NCBI GenBank assembly: GCA_963792575.1
Contig: CAWBWZ010000020.1
Span: 935,788 to 999,787, forward strand
Reading direction: 5' to 3'
Source of the DNA: an uncultured Acidobacteriota bacterium
Lineage (GTDB): Bacteria; Acidobacteriota; Thermoanaerobaculia; Multivoradales; UBA5704
Length of the DNA: 64,000 bases
Positions 1 to 10,250 of this stretch are shown in pieces. The notes under the pieces were generated by a model that had not been told where the DNA came from, searched no databases, and saw nothing but the letters and a program-made list of their open reading frames with translations. Made by a program: the position numbers and the translations under genes. The number at the start of each line of letters is the position of its first letter. Within the stretch, counting starts at the first letter, position 1.

Positions 1-373
1 GCGGCAGCGGGACCGGGTGCTCAAGGCCAACGCCGGGCTCGGCACCCACTGCCTGATCGGCTGGCACTCGATGCTCGTCCGCCCGACCGGCCTGGTGGCA
101 CCCTGCTGCCTGATCCAGGGGGCGGAGTTGGGGAACGTCTACCGGCAGTCGATCCGCGAGATCTGGCACGGCGAGCCGTACAACCGCTTCCGCGCCGAGC
201 TCTCGCGGATCATGCGCGCCCGGATGGCCTGGGAGCACGACCCCGAGACCGATAAGACCGTTACGCCGCTCTGCGGCCCCAAGGGCAACTGTCCGATCGG
301 CAGTTTCTATTACTACCCGGACACCCGCTTCCTCCGTGACTTCGACGCCAGGGTGCGGAGCCTCACCCCATAA
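1..373 (+). CDS. radical SAM / SPASM-domain peptide-modifying enzyme, C-terminal fragment (5' end lies outside the window)
   Basis: Frame is open from base 2. HCLIGWHSMLVRPTGLVAPCC gives C-x12-G-x4-C, matching the SPASM/twitch auxiliary Fe-S signature CX9-15GX4C. A later CGPKGNC pair follows. GC-rich third codon positions. Confidence 0.6.
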   Translation, partial: RQRDRVLKANAGLGTHCLIGWHSMLVRPTGLVAPCCLIQGAELGNVYRQSIREIWHGEPYNRFRAELSRIMRARMAWEHDPETDKTVTPLCGPKGNCPIGSFYYYPDTRFLRDFDARVRSLTP

Positions 374-470
374 TCCGGCCGAGCGGTTGATGGCAAGCCC
401 GGGCTTGAGGCGCGATCGCCGGCTCCGGAGGCACTCTTAGAGGAGAACATCCTCTGGAAGGAGAGATCCC

Positions 471-656
471 ATGAAAAAACACGCCCGCCGGCTCACCCTG
501 AACCGCGAAACACTCCGTCGCCTCGACGAGACGACGCTCCGCAAACTGGAGGGCGGAGTCGTCGCGATCGCGCGGGATACCGAGGAACCGGCCTGCTACT
601 CCCCCTTCTGCGGACCGACCTACTGGAAGACCTGCGAGACCCAGGCCACCGCCTGA
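471..656 (+). CDS. candidate RiPP precursor peptide (GG-type leader plus Cys-containing core)
   Basis: GGAAGGAGAG Shine-Dalgarno just upstream of the ATG. Leader [29 protein letters not shown] fits the K-x-L-x-x-ETL-x-x-L...GG leader pattern. Core [32 protein letters not shown] has 3 Cys. Lies 97 nt downstream of the rSAM/SPASM gene. Confidence 0.5.
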   Translation: MKKHARRLTLNRETLRRLDETTLRKLEGGVVAIARDTEEPACYSPFCGPTYWKTCETQATA

Positions 657-666
657 GGAGGACCTC

Positions 667-2165
667 TCAGTCCCGGATCAGCCACGCCGCGCTCAGCGAG
701 GCGAGCAGCGCGAGCCCGGCCGCGATGAGCATCACGCCGCGGAAGCCGTCCAGGAATGCCGTGTCGACGGTGTCCTGGGCTTGCGCCCGCTCCGGCCGGG
801 TGAGCCCGGCGGGGATCTCCACGGCCGCCAGCCTCTGCCGCTGGGCCGCGATCGCCGCCCGCGCTCGCGGGGGCAGATCGGTCTGGGCGAGCCGGCGGTC
901 GAGCCCGCGTCCGAACAGGCCCAGCATCAGAATGCCCAGCACGGCGATGGCGAGGAGCCCGGCGCAGCGGGAGACGGCGTTGTTGATCCCGGAGGCGATG
1001 CCGGCGTGGCGCTCCTCCACCGCCCCCATCACCGTCGTGGTCAGCGGCGCCACGCTGATCGCCATGCCGAAGCCCAGACACCACGATGGCGGGGAAGAAC
1101 GCCGTCCAGTAGCCACCCCCCAGGCCCGGGACGGCGAACAGGGCGAAACCGGCGGCGGCGATCGCCGGGCCGATGATCAGCGGCAGCCGGGCGCCGTAGC
1201 GGTCCACCAGCCCGCCGGACCAGCGGGAGAGCGTGAACATCAGCAGGACGAACGGCAGCAGGGCCGCCCCGGCGGCCGTCGCCGAGTAGCCGCGCACCTG
1301 GATGAGGTCGAACGGCAGGAAGAACAGCGCGCCACCGAGGCCGGCGTAGAGCCAGAGCGTCAGCAGGTTGGCGCCGGCGAAGGTGCGCGAGCGGAAGAGG
1401 GAGAGCGGCATCATCGGGGTGGCCGTCCGCGCCTCCACCGCGAGGAAGCCGAGCAGCGCGGCAGCAGCCCGCGAGCAGGGCGCCCCCAGACGAGCGGGCT
1501 CCCCCAGCCCAGTCGCGGCGACTCGATGAGGCCGAAGGTCAGGCCGCCGAGGCCCAGGGTGGCGAGGAGCGCGCCGGGCACGTCGATCCGCCGCCGCGGC
1601 CTGATCGTCCCGGCTCTCCGGCACGAAGCGGAGCGAGATCGCGATCACCGCCGCGGCCAGCGGGAGATTGAGGAAGAACACCCAGCGCCAGGAGGCGTGA
1701 TCGATCAGCCAGCCGCCCATCAGCGGCCCCACCGCGGCCATGATCGAGCCGAAGCCGGACCAGGTGCCGATCGCCCGCCCGCGGCGCGCCTGGTCGAAGG
1801 AGGCCGCGAGCAGAGCCAGGCTCCCCGGCACCAGCAGTGCCGCGGCGATCCCCTGCACGGCGCGCGCGGCGATCAGCGTGCCGACGCCGGGCGCCAGGCC
1901 GCACGCGCGCCGAGGCGGCGGCGAAGCCCGGCGACGCCGGACAGGAACACCCGCCGGCGGCCGAAGCGGTCGCCCAGCGAGCCCCCCACCAGCAGCAGGG
2001 CCGACAGGAAGAGCGCATACGATCTCGACCACCCACTGGACGTCGGCCACCGTGGCGCCGAGGTTCGCTCTGAAGAGCCGGCAGCGCCACGTTCACCGCC
2101 GTGCCGTCGATGAAGGCCATGCTGGAGCCGAGGATCGTCGCCGCCAGCACCCACCGCTCCGCCAT
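667..2165 (-). pseudogene. MFS drug-efflux transporter (DHA2 / EmrB-QacA-like), disrupted by several frameshifts
   Basis: Recognisable MFS segments are split over at least 4 minus-strand ORF-track entries: N-term [29 protein letters not shown] (1539..2237), [26 protein letters not shown] (1873..2271), [23 protein letters not shown] and RWVFFLNLP (620..2050), and the C-term (667..1116). Confidence 0.75.
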
Positions 2166-2402
2166 CGGCCCGCAGGGAGCCGCGCTCTTTCCGGCCCGCA
2201 CTACCCCTTCGTCGCACGGCTGTTTCAGAACTTGCATTCGCCGCCCTCCTGGTCTCCTGCGTGGAGATCAATCGGCATGATTCTATCCTCTATCAGCCAT
2301 GGAGGCGACGCATAGCCATGTTTACAGATTTATTTTTCAAACTTGCTATTCTCCAGACGTCCGCTTAACATCTGTTTATATCGCTGAACGAACGGAGGGA
2401 TT

Positions 2403-4103
2403 ATGAACAGAGTTAAAGCATCTGTCCCCTGGAAAAGTTGCTTGGCTTTGCTGTTGCTGAGTCTTTGGACTACCCCATCTCACGCCGCTGCATGCCGCAA
2501 TCCGATTCCGTCCCTTGGCGGCTCGACGGCGATCTACCGCGGTAAACCTCTCGATTCCGCCGCAAAGCTCCGGGACGCCTTGAAGAGCAAGAAAACCTAC
2601 AAGGCTTTCCAAGAAACTTTTGCCGAAGCGCATCTAGAGGACCATTTCCAGGAAGTCATGGATATCATCGAACATATGCAGGACACCGACAAAAAATCCT
2701 ATGGACCCCGTACTCCGTTCGTGTGGATGGCATACCGTGCCAAGTCGGACAAGCAAGTCCATCTCTTGAGGAATTCTTGCTGGGGAGGCGCCAAGGCCTT
2801 CGAAGCCTGGGAGTTCACGCTCAAAGTGGGCGACAAGATGCGCACGTACATCATACCGATCAACTGTCTGAACCTGGCTCTTCTGCCAGAAGTGCCTCAT
2901 AAGCCGCCAACCTGCTCACTCACAGCTAACGTTACATGCTCGTCCACAGAAGCACCCTCAACCATTACAATTATTGCCACGGCTAACGGGGAAACATCTA
3001 TCCAAGACGTGGTTATTGGAGGAACTGGGCCTACCGGATCTCAAAATCCTCTTCCCTTTAAATCCACAACCAATCGTTACGAATGGACTCTCGAGGCGAG
3101 CAATTCAGGTACCTACTTCTTCACCGCCGTGGCGAAGGATAGTCGAGGGATCGAGTCACCTGCGTGTAAAGCTCAAGTGGCAGTCTGCGAGAAAAAAAAG
3201 ACCTGTGAACCCATTCCCTGCACCTTGGAAGTTACCGGGAAGTGGCCAGCCGGTGCCGACCAAGGATTTCTCACAATCAAGTTCGACAAGGTGGATGGGA
3301 CCTTACTCCACCTCACAGGACCAGGCATCGATGAGATGCTTGCACCGGACCCAAGCGGCACGAACACTTTCCCAGTTTCACAGGAAGGAGACTATAAAGT
3401 CGCGCTTACGCGACCCGAAAAAGGCGACAACTGCAAATCATCCTCCTGTACCTCGACGGTCAACATCGTGAAGCCCCCGCCTCCGCCACCCCCCTGCTGC
3501 GACAGCCCCTGGCTCCTCCGCACCTACGCCGGCTGGGTGGAGTCGCAGGGCTCGGAGCAGACGGGCCTGGTACGCCTCGCCAACGGCAACGTCGGAGCCT
3601 TCAAGTTCGGCTTCAACGAAGGCCTCGGCTTTGGGCTCGAGCTCGAGCGTCTCTTCGCCCATGAAGGCCAGTCGTGGAAGGACGCGAGGTGGGGCTGGAC
3701 CTTCGGCCTCTTCCGGGCAAACGTCAACACCCTCTGGCAGGTCGACATCACCGACCGGTACTGGATCCGGGACAAGGACCGGGTCCCCATGCTGACGCTC
3801 ACTACCGGCTTCAACTACCACTGGCGCGGGCCGAAGTGGGACTTCTTCGCGGGTCCGGTGGTCGGCTACGCCCAATTCGAAGATGGCACCTACGCGGACA
3901 CCTCGACCAAGCCTGGGACCTTCCGGGCCAACTTCGACGACAATTTCACCTACGGTGCCAACGTCGGCTTCGACGGCTTCCTCGGCAAGTGCTGGGGGAT
4001 CACCGGCGGCGTGGAATACCTCAAGGTCTCCACCAAGGCGGGCTTCCTCGACGTGGACGTCGACCCGCTGATCCTGAAGGCCGGCTTCGTCTACCACTTC
4101 TAG
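2403..4103 (+). CDS. secreted outer-membrane protein: signal peptide, Cys-rich Ig-like passenger region, poly-Pro linker, C-terminal beta-barrel
   Basis: GGAGGG SD before the ATG. Signal peptide ends SHAAAC. Linker PPPPPPPCC. The C-terminal ~210 aa show alternating aromatic/Gly beta-strand pattern ending KAGFVYHF (terminal Phe typical of OMP barrels). Confidence 0.7.
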   Translation: MNRVKASVPWKSCLALLLLSLWTTPSHAAACRNPIPSLGGSTAIYRGKPLDSAAKLRDALKSKKTYKAFQETFAEAHLEDHFQEVMDIIEHMQDTDKKSYGPRTPFVWMAYRAKSDKQVHLLRNSCWGGAKAFEAWEFTLKVGDKMRTYIIPINCLNLALLPEVPHKPPTCSLTANVTCSSTEAPSTITIIATANGETSIQDVVIGGTGPTGSQNPLPFKSTTNRYEWTLEASNSGTYFFTAVAKDSRGIESPACKAQVAVCEKKKTCEPIPCTLEVTGKWPAGADQGFLTIKFDKVDGTLLHLTGPGIDEMLAPDPSGTNTFPVSQEGDYKVALTRPEKGDNCKSSSCTSTVNIVKPPPPPPPCCDSPWLLRTYAGWVESQGSEQTGLVRLANGNVGAFKFGFNEGLGFGLELERLFAHEGQSWKDARWGWTFGLFRANVNTLWQVDITDRYWIRDKDRVPMLTLTTGFNYHWRGPKWDFFAGPVVGYAQFEDGTYADTSTKPGTFRANFDDNFTYGANVGFDGFLGKCWGITGGVEYLKVSTKAGFLDVDVDPLILKAGFVYHF

Positions 4104-4148
4104 ACCCTGCTTTCGATAGACTGCCTCCTCCAGGAGGAGGAGGCAGTC

Positions 4149-6014
4149 ATGAGAGCTTACCCCGGCCTTCGATGTTCCATCGTCCTTATCATCTCCCTGC
4201 TGGCCTTCGCCGCCCAGCCCGGCACGGCGCGCACAGCCAAGCCGCCGCTCCATGGCCGCCACTGGATGGCGATCACCGGCAAGCCCCTGGCGGCCACCGC
4301 CGGGGCGATGATCTTCCAGAAGGGCGGCAACGCCGTCGACGCGCGGCGCCATGCTCGCCGCCGCCTGCACCATGTGGGACACCCTCGGCTGGGGCGGCGA
4401 GACCCAGGCGCTGATCTGGAACCCCAAGACGCGCAAGGTGATCGCCATCGACGCGCTCGGCGTCGCTCCCACCGGCGCCACGCCCGAGTTCTACCATGGC
4501 AAGGGGATGTCCTATCCGCCGGAGTACGGCCCGCTGGCGGCGGTGACCCCCGGCACTCCCGGCGGACTGCTGGTGATGCTCGCCGAGTACGGCCGCCTCT
4601 CCCTCGCCGACGTGCTCGGGCCGGCGATCCAGATGGCCGACGGCTATCCGATCGAGGCGCAGCTCGCGGACACCATCGAGCGGCAGAAGGGGGAGATCAA
4701 GAAGTGGCCGGCCTCGCGGGCCGTCTTCCTCACCCACGCGGGCGAGCCCCGGGAGGCGCCGCGGGCCGGCGAGGTGTTCCGCCAGGCGGATCTCGCCGCC
4801 ACCCTGCGCAAGCTGGTCGAGGCCGAGCGTCTGGCGCTCGCCGCCGGCAAGAACCGCAAGCAGGCGATCTAGGCCGCCTACGACCGCTTCTACAAGGGGG
4901 ACATCGCCGAGGAGATCGTCCGCGGCACCCGCGAGCAGGGCGGGCTCTTCACCCGCGAGGACCTGGCCAACTGGAAGGTGAAGATCGAGGAGCCGGTCAA
5001 GACCACCTACAAGGGGATCGACGTCTACAAGCTCACCGCCTGGACGCAGGGTCCGGCGATGCTCCAGGCGCTCAACCTGCTCGAGCCCATGGACCTGCGC
5101 GGCATGGGGCTACAACAGCACCCGCTACATCCACACCCTCTACCAGGCGATGAACCTCGCCTTCGCCGACCGCGACTTCTACTACGGCGACCCCTACTTC
5201 CCGCCCGAGGAGCCGCTCCAGGGGCTGCTCTCCAAGGAATACGCCGACGACCGGCGGAAGGAGATCGACTGGAAGCGCAACGATCCGGCGGTGAAGCCCG
5301 GCGATCCCTACCCGTTCGAGGGGAAGCAGAACCCCTATCTCGACCTCCTGAAGACCTGGGGGGCGCCGGCGGACAAGAAGAAGTGGACACAGCCGCAGAA
5401 TTCGCAGCTCGACTTTCGACGAGTCCTTCCGCGCCGGCACCACCTCGGTGAGGCCGCCGACGAGGAGGGCTGGGTGGTCTCGGTGACGCCGAGCGGCGGC
5501 TGGATGCCGGCCTTCATCGCCGGCCGCACCGGCATCGGCCTCTCGCAGCGCATGCAGAGCTTCGTGCTTGACCCGGCCGAGGGGCCGTTCAACGTGCTGG
5601 CGCCCGGCAAGCGGCCGCGCGTGACGCTCACCCCCAGCCTGGCGCTGAAGGACGGCAAGCCCTGGCTGGCCTTCGCGGTGCAGGGGGGCGATACCCAGGA
5701 CCAGAACCTCCTCCAGTTCTTCCTCGACGTCGTGGAGTTCGGGATGACCGTGCAGGAGGCGATGGAGGCGACCGAACATCACCAGCTACCAGATGCACAG
5801 CTCCTTCGGCGATCACGCCTCCGAGCCCGGACGGCTGACCGTGCAGGCCAGCACCCCGCCGTGGGTGCGGCAGGAGCTCCAGCGGATGGGCTACAAGGTG
5901 GAGGTCGAGGAGCGCAACTCCGGCCCGATCAACGCCATCCTGCTCGACGCGGAGCACGGCACGATGTGGGGCGGATCGAGCGACTACGGAGAGGACTATG
6001 GAATTGGCTGGTGA
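4149..6014 (+). pseudogene. ggt: gamma-glutamyltransferase, disrupted (at least 5 frame switches plus an in-frame TAG)
   Basis: GGT-like segments run through ORFs 4149.., 4351..4872, 4978.., 5150.. and 5793..6014 in different frames. TAG at 4870-4872 interrupts KQAI*AAYDRFYKG. The Thr-nucleophile region GTTSVEAADEEGWVVSVTPSGG is readable only out of the ORF-track frame. Confidence 0.85.
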
Positions 6015-7050
6015 GCTGACCTTGCCCGATCTTCCGGATCTCCTGGCCGCCCGCCGCGCGCTGGCGGGGGTGGTGCTGCGGACGCCGGTGCTGCGCTCGG
6101 ACATCCTGGACGAGCTGGCCGGAGCGCGGCTCTTCTTCAAGGCCGAGGGGTTGCAGATTACCGGCTCCTTCAAGGTGCGTGGAGCCTACAACCGGATCCG
6201 CTCCTTCTCGCCGGAGGAGATGGCACGCGGCCTGATCACCGTGAGCGCGGGCAACGCCGCCCTCGGCGCCGCCTGGGCGGCCCGGGCCGCGGGCGCCAAG
6301 CTGGTGGTGGTGATGCCAGAGAACGCGGTCCCCGAGAAGCTGGCGGCGGTGGCGGCGATGGGCGGGCGCATCGAAAAGGAGGGGATCACCAACGCCACCC
6401 AGGCCTTCGAGCGCCTGGCGCGGCTGCGGGAGGAGCACGGCTACACGCTCGTCCACCCCTTCGACGATCCGCTGGTCATCGCCGGCGCCGGCACCGCCAG
6501 CTGGGAGTTGCTCGAGGACGCCCCCGATCTCGACGCCCTGGCGATCCCCGCCTCCGGAGGCGGCCCCCTCTCGGGAGCCCTGCTGGCGGCCCGCGGCCTG
6601 GCTCCGGCCGCGAAGGTCTACGGCATCCAGCCGGCCGGGGCGGACGGCATCGTGCGCTCGCTGGCGGCCGGCGCGCCGACTCCCCCGGAGAAGGTGCAGA
6701 CGGTGGCGGACGGCCTCACCGCCCCGAAACCGGGGGTCCACAATTTCGAGATGATCCGCCGCTGGGCCACGGACGTCTTCACCGTCCCCGACGCGGCGAT
6801 CCTGGCCGCCATGGGGCTGATCCTCCGGCACCTGAGGGTGATCGTGGAGCCGGCCGGCGCCACCGCCCTGGCCGGAGTTCTGGCGGACGACCGCTTCCGC
6901 GGCCGGCGGGTGGGTATTCTGCTGACCGGCAGCAACACCGGGGTGGAGCGGGTGCGCGAAGCGCTGGGGGCGGCAGGCTCCGGAAGCAAGGACGTAAAGG
7001 ACGACAAGGACATCAAGGACACAAGGAGACTGCCCTCGGCCCGGGCATGA
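5998..7050 (+). CDS. PLP-dependent threonine/serine ammonia-lyase (fold-type II dehydratase family)
   Basis: FKAEGLQITGSFKVRGAYN (PLP-lysine motif), GNAALGAAWAA and the TGSNTG loop. The ORF is intact. The last ~20 codons (KDVKDDKDIKD) run into a DNA repeat. Confidence 0.8.
   Translation: MELAGELTLPDLPDLLAARRALAGVVLRTPVLRSDILDELAGARLFFKAEGLQITGSFKVRGAYNRIRSFSPEEMARGLITVSAGNAALGAAWAARAAGAKLVVVMPENAVPEKLAAVAAMGGRIEKEGITNATQAFERLARLREEHGYTLVHPFDDPLVIAGAGTASWELLEDAPDLDALAIPASGGGPLSGALLAARGLAPAAKVYGIQPAGADGIVRSLAAGAPTPPEKVQTVADGLTAPKPGVHNFEMIRRWATDVFTVPDAAILAAMGLILRHLRVIVEPAGATALAGVLADDRFRGRRVGILLTGSNTGVERVREALGAAGSGSKDVKDDKDIKDTRRLPSARA
6988..7023. repeat. 4 tandem 9-mers AAGGACNNN, same family as the inverted array at 35882..35986
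   Basis: Reads aaggacgta aaggacgac aaggacatc aaggacaca. Near-identical to the arms at 35882..35917 and 35942..35986. Confidence 0.8.
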
Positions 7051-7130
7051 ATGCCCGGGCTAAGAACAGCGCCGGATGAATCCGGCTTCAAGCTCCCTTC
7101 AGGGAGCGCTGTTTCTAGCCCGGCGATTCA
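7039..7130. repeat. cluster of REP-like hairpins (GCCCGGGCAT-NN-ATGCCCGGGC family and others) between convergent genes
   Basis: Contains gcccgggcatgaatgcccgggc, gccggatgaatccggc and cccggcgattcatcgccggg. The first hairpin recurs twice at 17341..17461. Confidence 0.75.
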
Positions 7131-7175
7131 TCGCCGGGCGGGGGAGGCGGCTTTCGAGACACTCTCTTTTCCCCC

Positions 7176-9036
7176 TCACCGGTACCCCGCCGCCTGCAAC
7201 TCGAACAGCTCGGCGTAGCGCCCGCCCTGGGCCAGCAGCTCCTCGTGCGTGCCCATCGCCTCGACCTTGCCATCGGCCAGCACCAGGATGCGGTCCGCCA
7301 TGCGCACGCTGGAGAAGCGGTGCGAGATCAGCACGGCGGTCTTCCCCTCGCTCAGCTCCTTGAAGCGCTGGAAGACCTCGAACTCGGAGCGGGCGTCGAG
7401 CGCGGCGGTGGGCTCGTCGAGGATCAGCACCTGGGCGTCGCGCATGTAGGCGCGGGCGATGGCGACCTTCTGCCACTCGCCGCCGGAGAGGTCGACGCCG
7501 GTGCGGAAACGCTTGCCGATGATCTGGTCGTAGCCGTCCGGCAGCTTCGCGATCACCTCGTCGGCCAGGCTGCGCTCGGCGGCGGTGACGATGCGCGCGC
7601 GGTCGTCGCGGGCCTCGATGCGGCCGACGGCGATGTTCTCGGCGGCGGTGAGGTGGTAGCGCACGAAGTCCTGGAAGATGACGCCGATGTTGGCGCGCAG
7701 CGCGCCGAGGTCGTACTCGCGCAGGTCGTGGCCGTCGAGCAGGATGCGCCCCTCGTCCGGGTCGTAGAGCCGCGCCAGCAGCTTGACCAGCGTGGTCTTG
7801 CCGGCGCCGTTCTCGCCGACCAGCGCCAGCACCTCGCCCGCCCGCAGAGTCGAAGCTCAGGTGGCGCACCGCCCAGCGCTCGGCGCCGGGATAGCGGAAG
7901 CCGACGTCCTCGAAGGCGAAGCCGTCGCGGATCGGCACGGGGAAGGGGCGCGGATTCTCCGGCGAGACGATCTCCGGCTCGATCTCGAAGAAGGAGAACA
8001 GGTCGTCGAGGTAGAGCGCCTGCCCCGCCACCTGCGAGAAGCCGATCAGCAGCCCCTCGAGCAGGGTGCGCAGGCGGCGGAACGAGCCGGCGAGGAAGGT
8101 GAGGTCGCCGATGCTGAAGTCGGCCGCTGCAGCGTGCGCCAGGCGATGTAGGCGTAGGCCACGTAGTAGCCCACCGTGCCGACGGCGGTCAGCGCGCCGC
8201 CCCAGCCAGCGCGGCGGATCGCGAGCCGGCGGTTGGCCTGGTAGAAGCGCGTCGGCCAGCTGCGCGGTAGCGCTCGATCAGGAAGGCGTTGAGGCCGAAG
8301 ATCTTCACTTCCTTCGCGGTCTCGACGCTGGCGCCGGTCTGGCGCACGTAGTCGATCTCGCGCCGCTCCGGCGTCCGCGCGTAGTCGAGCGAGTAGCTCT
8401 GCGCGTTGAAGTGCGCCTCGCCGAGGAAGGCCGGCACCAGCGCCAGGATCAGCAGCGCGATCAGCCAGGGCGCGTAGACCACCAGCCCGGCGGCGAAGCT
8501 GACGATGGTCACGATGTCCTGCGCCTGGCCGAAGAGCTGGCTCATCAGCGTCATGCGCCCGCTGGTCTGCCGGCGGGCGCGCTCGAGCCGGTCCTGCAGC
8601 TCGCTGTCCTCGAAGTCCTCGAGGTCGAGCGTCGCCGCGTGCTCCATCAGGCGCACGCTGGTGGCGTTGCTGAACTGCTCGGAGAGCAGGGAGTCGAGCA
8701 GCGAGACCAGGCGGCCCAGCACGTCGGAGAGCACCGCCAGGCCGAACTCGGCCGCCAGCAGCCAGCCGAGATGCCCCAGCAGGCCGCTGGCCAGCCAGTC
8801 CCGCAGGTGCGGCGGGCACCGCCCGGTGTCGCGGCCAGCCGGATCACCTCGTCGATGATCAGCTTGCCGACGTAGAGGGTCGCCACCGGCAGCAGCGCCC
8901 GCACGAGGCGCAGCGCAGGTCGGACCGCGGTGAGGCTGGGGCTGGTCCGCCAGATCAGCTTCAGGAAGGGGGGCAGGTTGCGCAGCGCGCCGAAGCGCTC
9001 GCGCAGCGACCGCGGCGCCTGGGCTGATGGAGTCAT
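7176..9036 (-). pseudogene. ABC exporter, fused permease-ATPase (MsbA/multidrug type), disrupted by several frameshifts
   Basis: ATPase domain is intact in 7176..7832 (Walker A GENGAGKTT, signature LSGGEWQ, Walker B LILDEPT). Linker and TMD pieces sit in other frames (7099..8031, 8189..8734, 8647..9084). Confidence 0.8.
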
Positions 9037-9116
9037 GCGACGGTTCGTGCTGTTCTCTCGTGCCATCCCCCGCAAGGGTTGCACAGATCGCTCCAGGGCG
9101 CCGCCCCCTTGCTCCC

Positions 9117-10250
9117 CTAGGTATCGATCGCCTGCCCCAGATCCGCGATCAGATCGTCCGCGTCCTCGATCCCCACCGACAGGCGGATCAGGTCCGGCGG
9201 CGGACCCAGCCTCCCCCGCAGCTCGTGCGGGATGCTGGCGTGGGACATCCGGCAGGGCAGGCTGATCGAGGAGCCCACCGAGCCGAAGCTCACCGCGATC
9301 GCGAACAGCCGCGCGGCCTCCACAATCCTCCGGGAGCGCTCCGGATCGCCCGTGGTGAAGCTCACGACCGACCCCGGACCGCTCGCCTGACGCTCGTGGA
9401 TCTCGCGGACCGCCGGCGGCGCCAGCATTGGAAAGAAAACCCTTTCAATCCCTGGATGAGCGGCGAGGTACTCCGCGATCCGCGCCGCCGTCGCGCCCTG
9501 GCGCTCGACGCGCAGCGCCAGCGTCTTCATCCCCCGCAGCAGCAGCCAGCTGTCGAACGGCGCCAGCCCCGTTCCCTCGGCGTTGAGGTGGAAGGCGAGC
9601 CGCTCGTGGAGGGCGGGGTCGTCGGTCACCACCGCCCCGGCGCTGACGTCGCCGTGGCCGCAGAGAAATTTGGTGGCCGAATGGATCACCAGGTCGGCCC
9701 CCAGCGCCAGCGGACGCTGGAGGCAGGGGGAGAGGAGCGAGTTGTCCACCGCCAGCAGCGCGCCGCCGCGATGGGCGATCTCCGCCAGGCGCGCCAGATC
9801 GGCGATCCGCAGCAATGGGTTGGTCGGCGTTTCCACCAGCAGCAGGCGGGTGGCCGGGGAGAGCGCCGCCGCGACCGCTTGGCGGTCGGTGGTGTCGACG
9901 TGGCGGACGCGCACTCCCAATTCCGGCGCCACCCGGGAGAGGAGGCGGACCGTGCCGCCGTAAAGATCGTCGCCAGCGAGGATCTCCTCCCCGGCTTTCA
10001 CCAGACGGGTGACGGCGACGAGCGCTGCCATGCCGCTGCCAAAGGCGCAGGCGAAGCGCCCCCCTTCCAGGGCCGCGAGATGCTCCTCGGCCAGCGCGCG
10101 GGTCGGGTTGGCCGTCCGCGAGTAGTCGTATTCGCCGAATTCGGCGGCGCCCGGCTGGCGGAAAGTCGCCGTCTGATAGATCGGCGGCGCCGTGGCGCCG
10201 TACGGGTCGTTCCCGGGAGGAAGATGAACGCAGCGAGTGGCGAGCTTCAT
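9117..10250 (-). CDS. Cys/Met-metabolism PLP enzyme, cystathionine beta-lyase-like
   Basis: YSRTANPT, DNSLLSP and HSATKFLCGH (PLP Lys) motifs. Full length. ATG at 10250 overlaps the hom stop (ATGA). Confidence 0.8.
   Translation of the reverse strand: MKLATRCVHLPPGNDPYGATAPPIYQTATFRQPGAAEFGEYDYSRTANPTRALAEEHLAALEGGRFACAFGSGMAALVAVTRLVKAGEEILAGDDLYGGTVRLLSRVAPELGVRVRHVDTTDRQAVAAALSPATRLLLVETPTNPLLRIADLARLAEIAHRGGALLAVDNSLLSPCLQRPLALGADLVIHSATKFLCGHGDVSAGAVVTDDPALHERLAFHLNAEGTGLAPFDSWLLLRGMKTLALRVERQGATAARIAEYLAAHPGIERVFFPMLAPPAVREIHERQASGPGSVVSFTTGDPERSRRIVEAARLFAIAVSFGSVGSSISLPCRMSHASIPHELRGRLGPPPDLIRLSVGIEDADDLIADLGQAIDT

Noticed and set aside
725-2113. 462-aa plus-strand ORF (and 781..1176, 1740..2315) opposite the MFS gene
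   Set aside because: The translation is Arg/Pro/Gly/Ala-rich low-complexity sequence with no motif. The opposite strand carries clear MFS helices. This is the typical antisense open frame of high-GC DNA.
4870-4872. In-frame TAG in ggt as possible programmed read-through or pyrrolysine recoding
   Set aside because: The same gene also has at least 5 frameshifts and neighbouring genes show similar damage. No pyl genes or recoding signals are visible. It is better explained as part of the general damage or error pattern.
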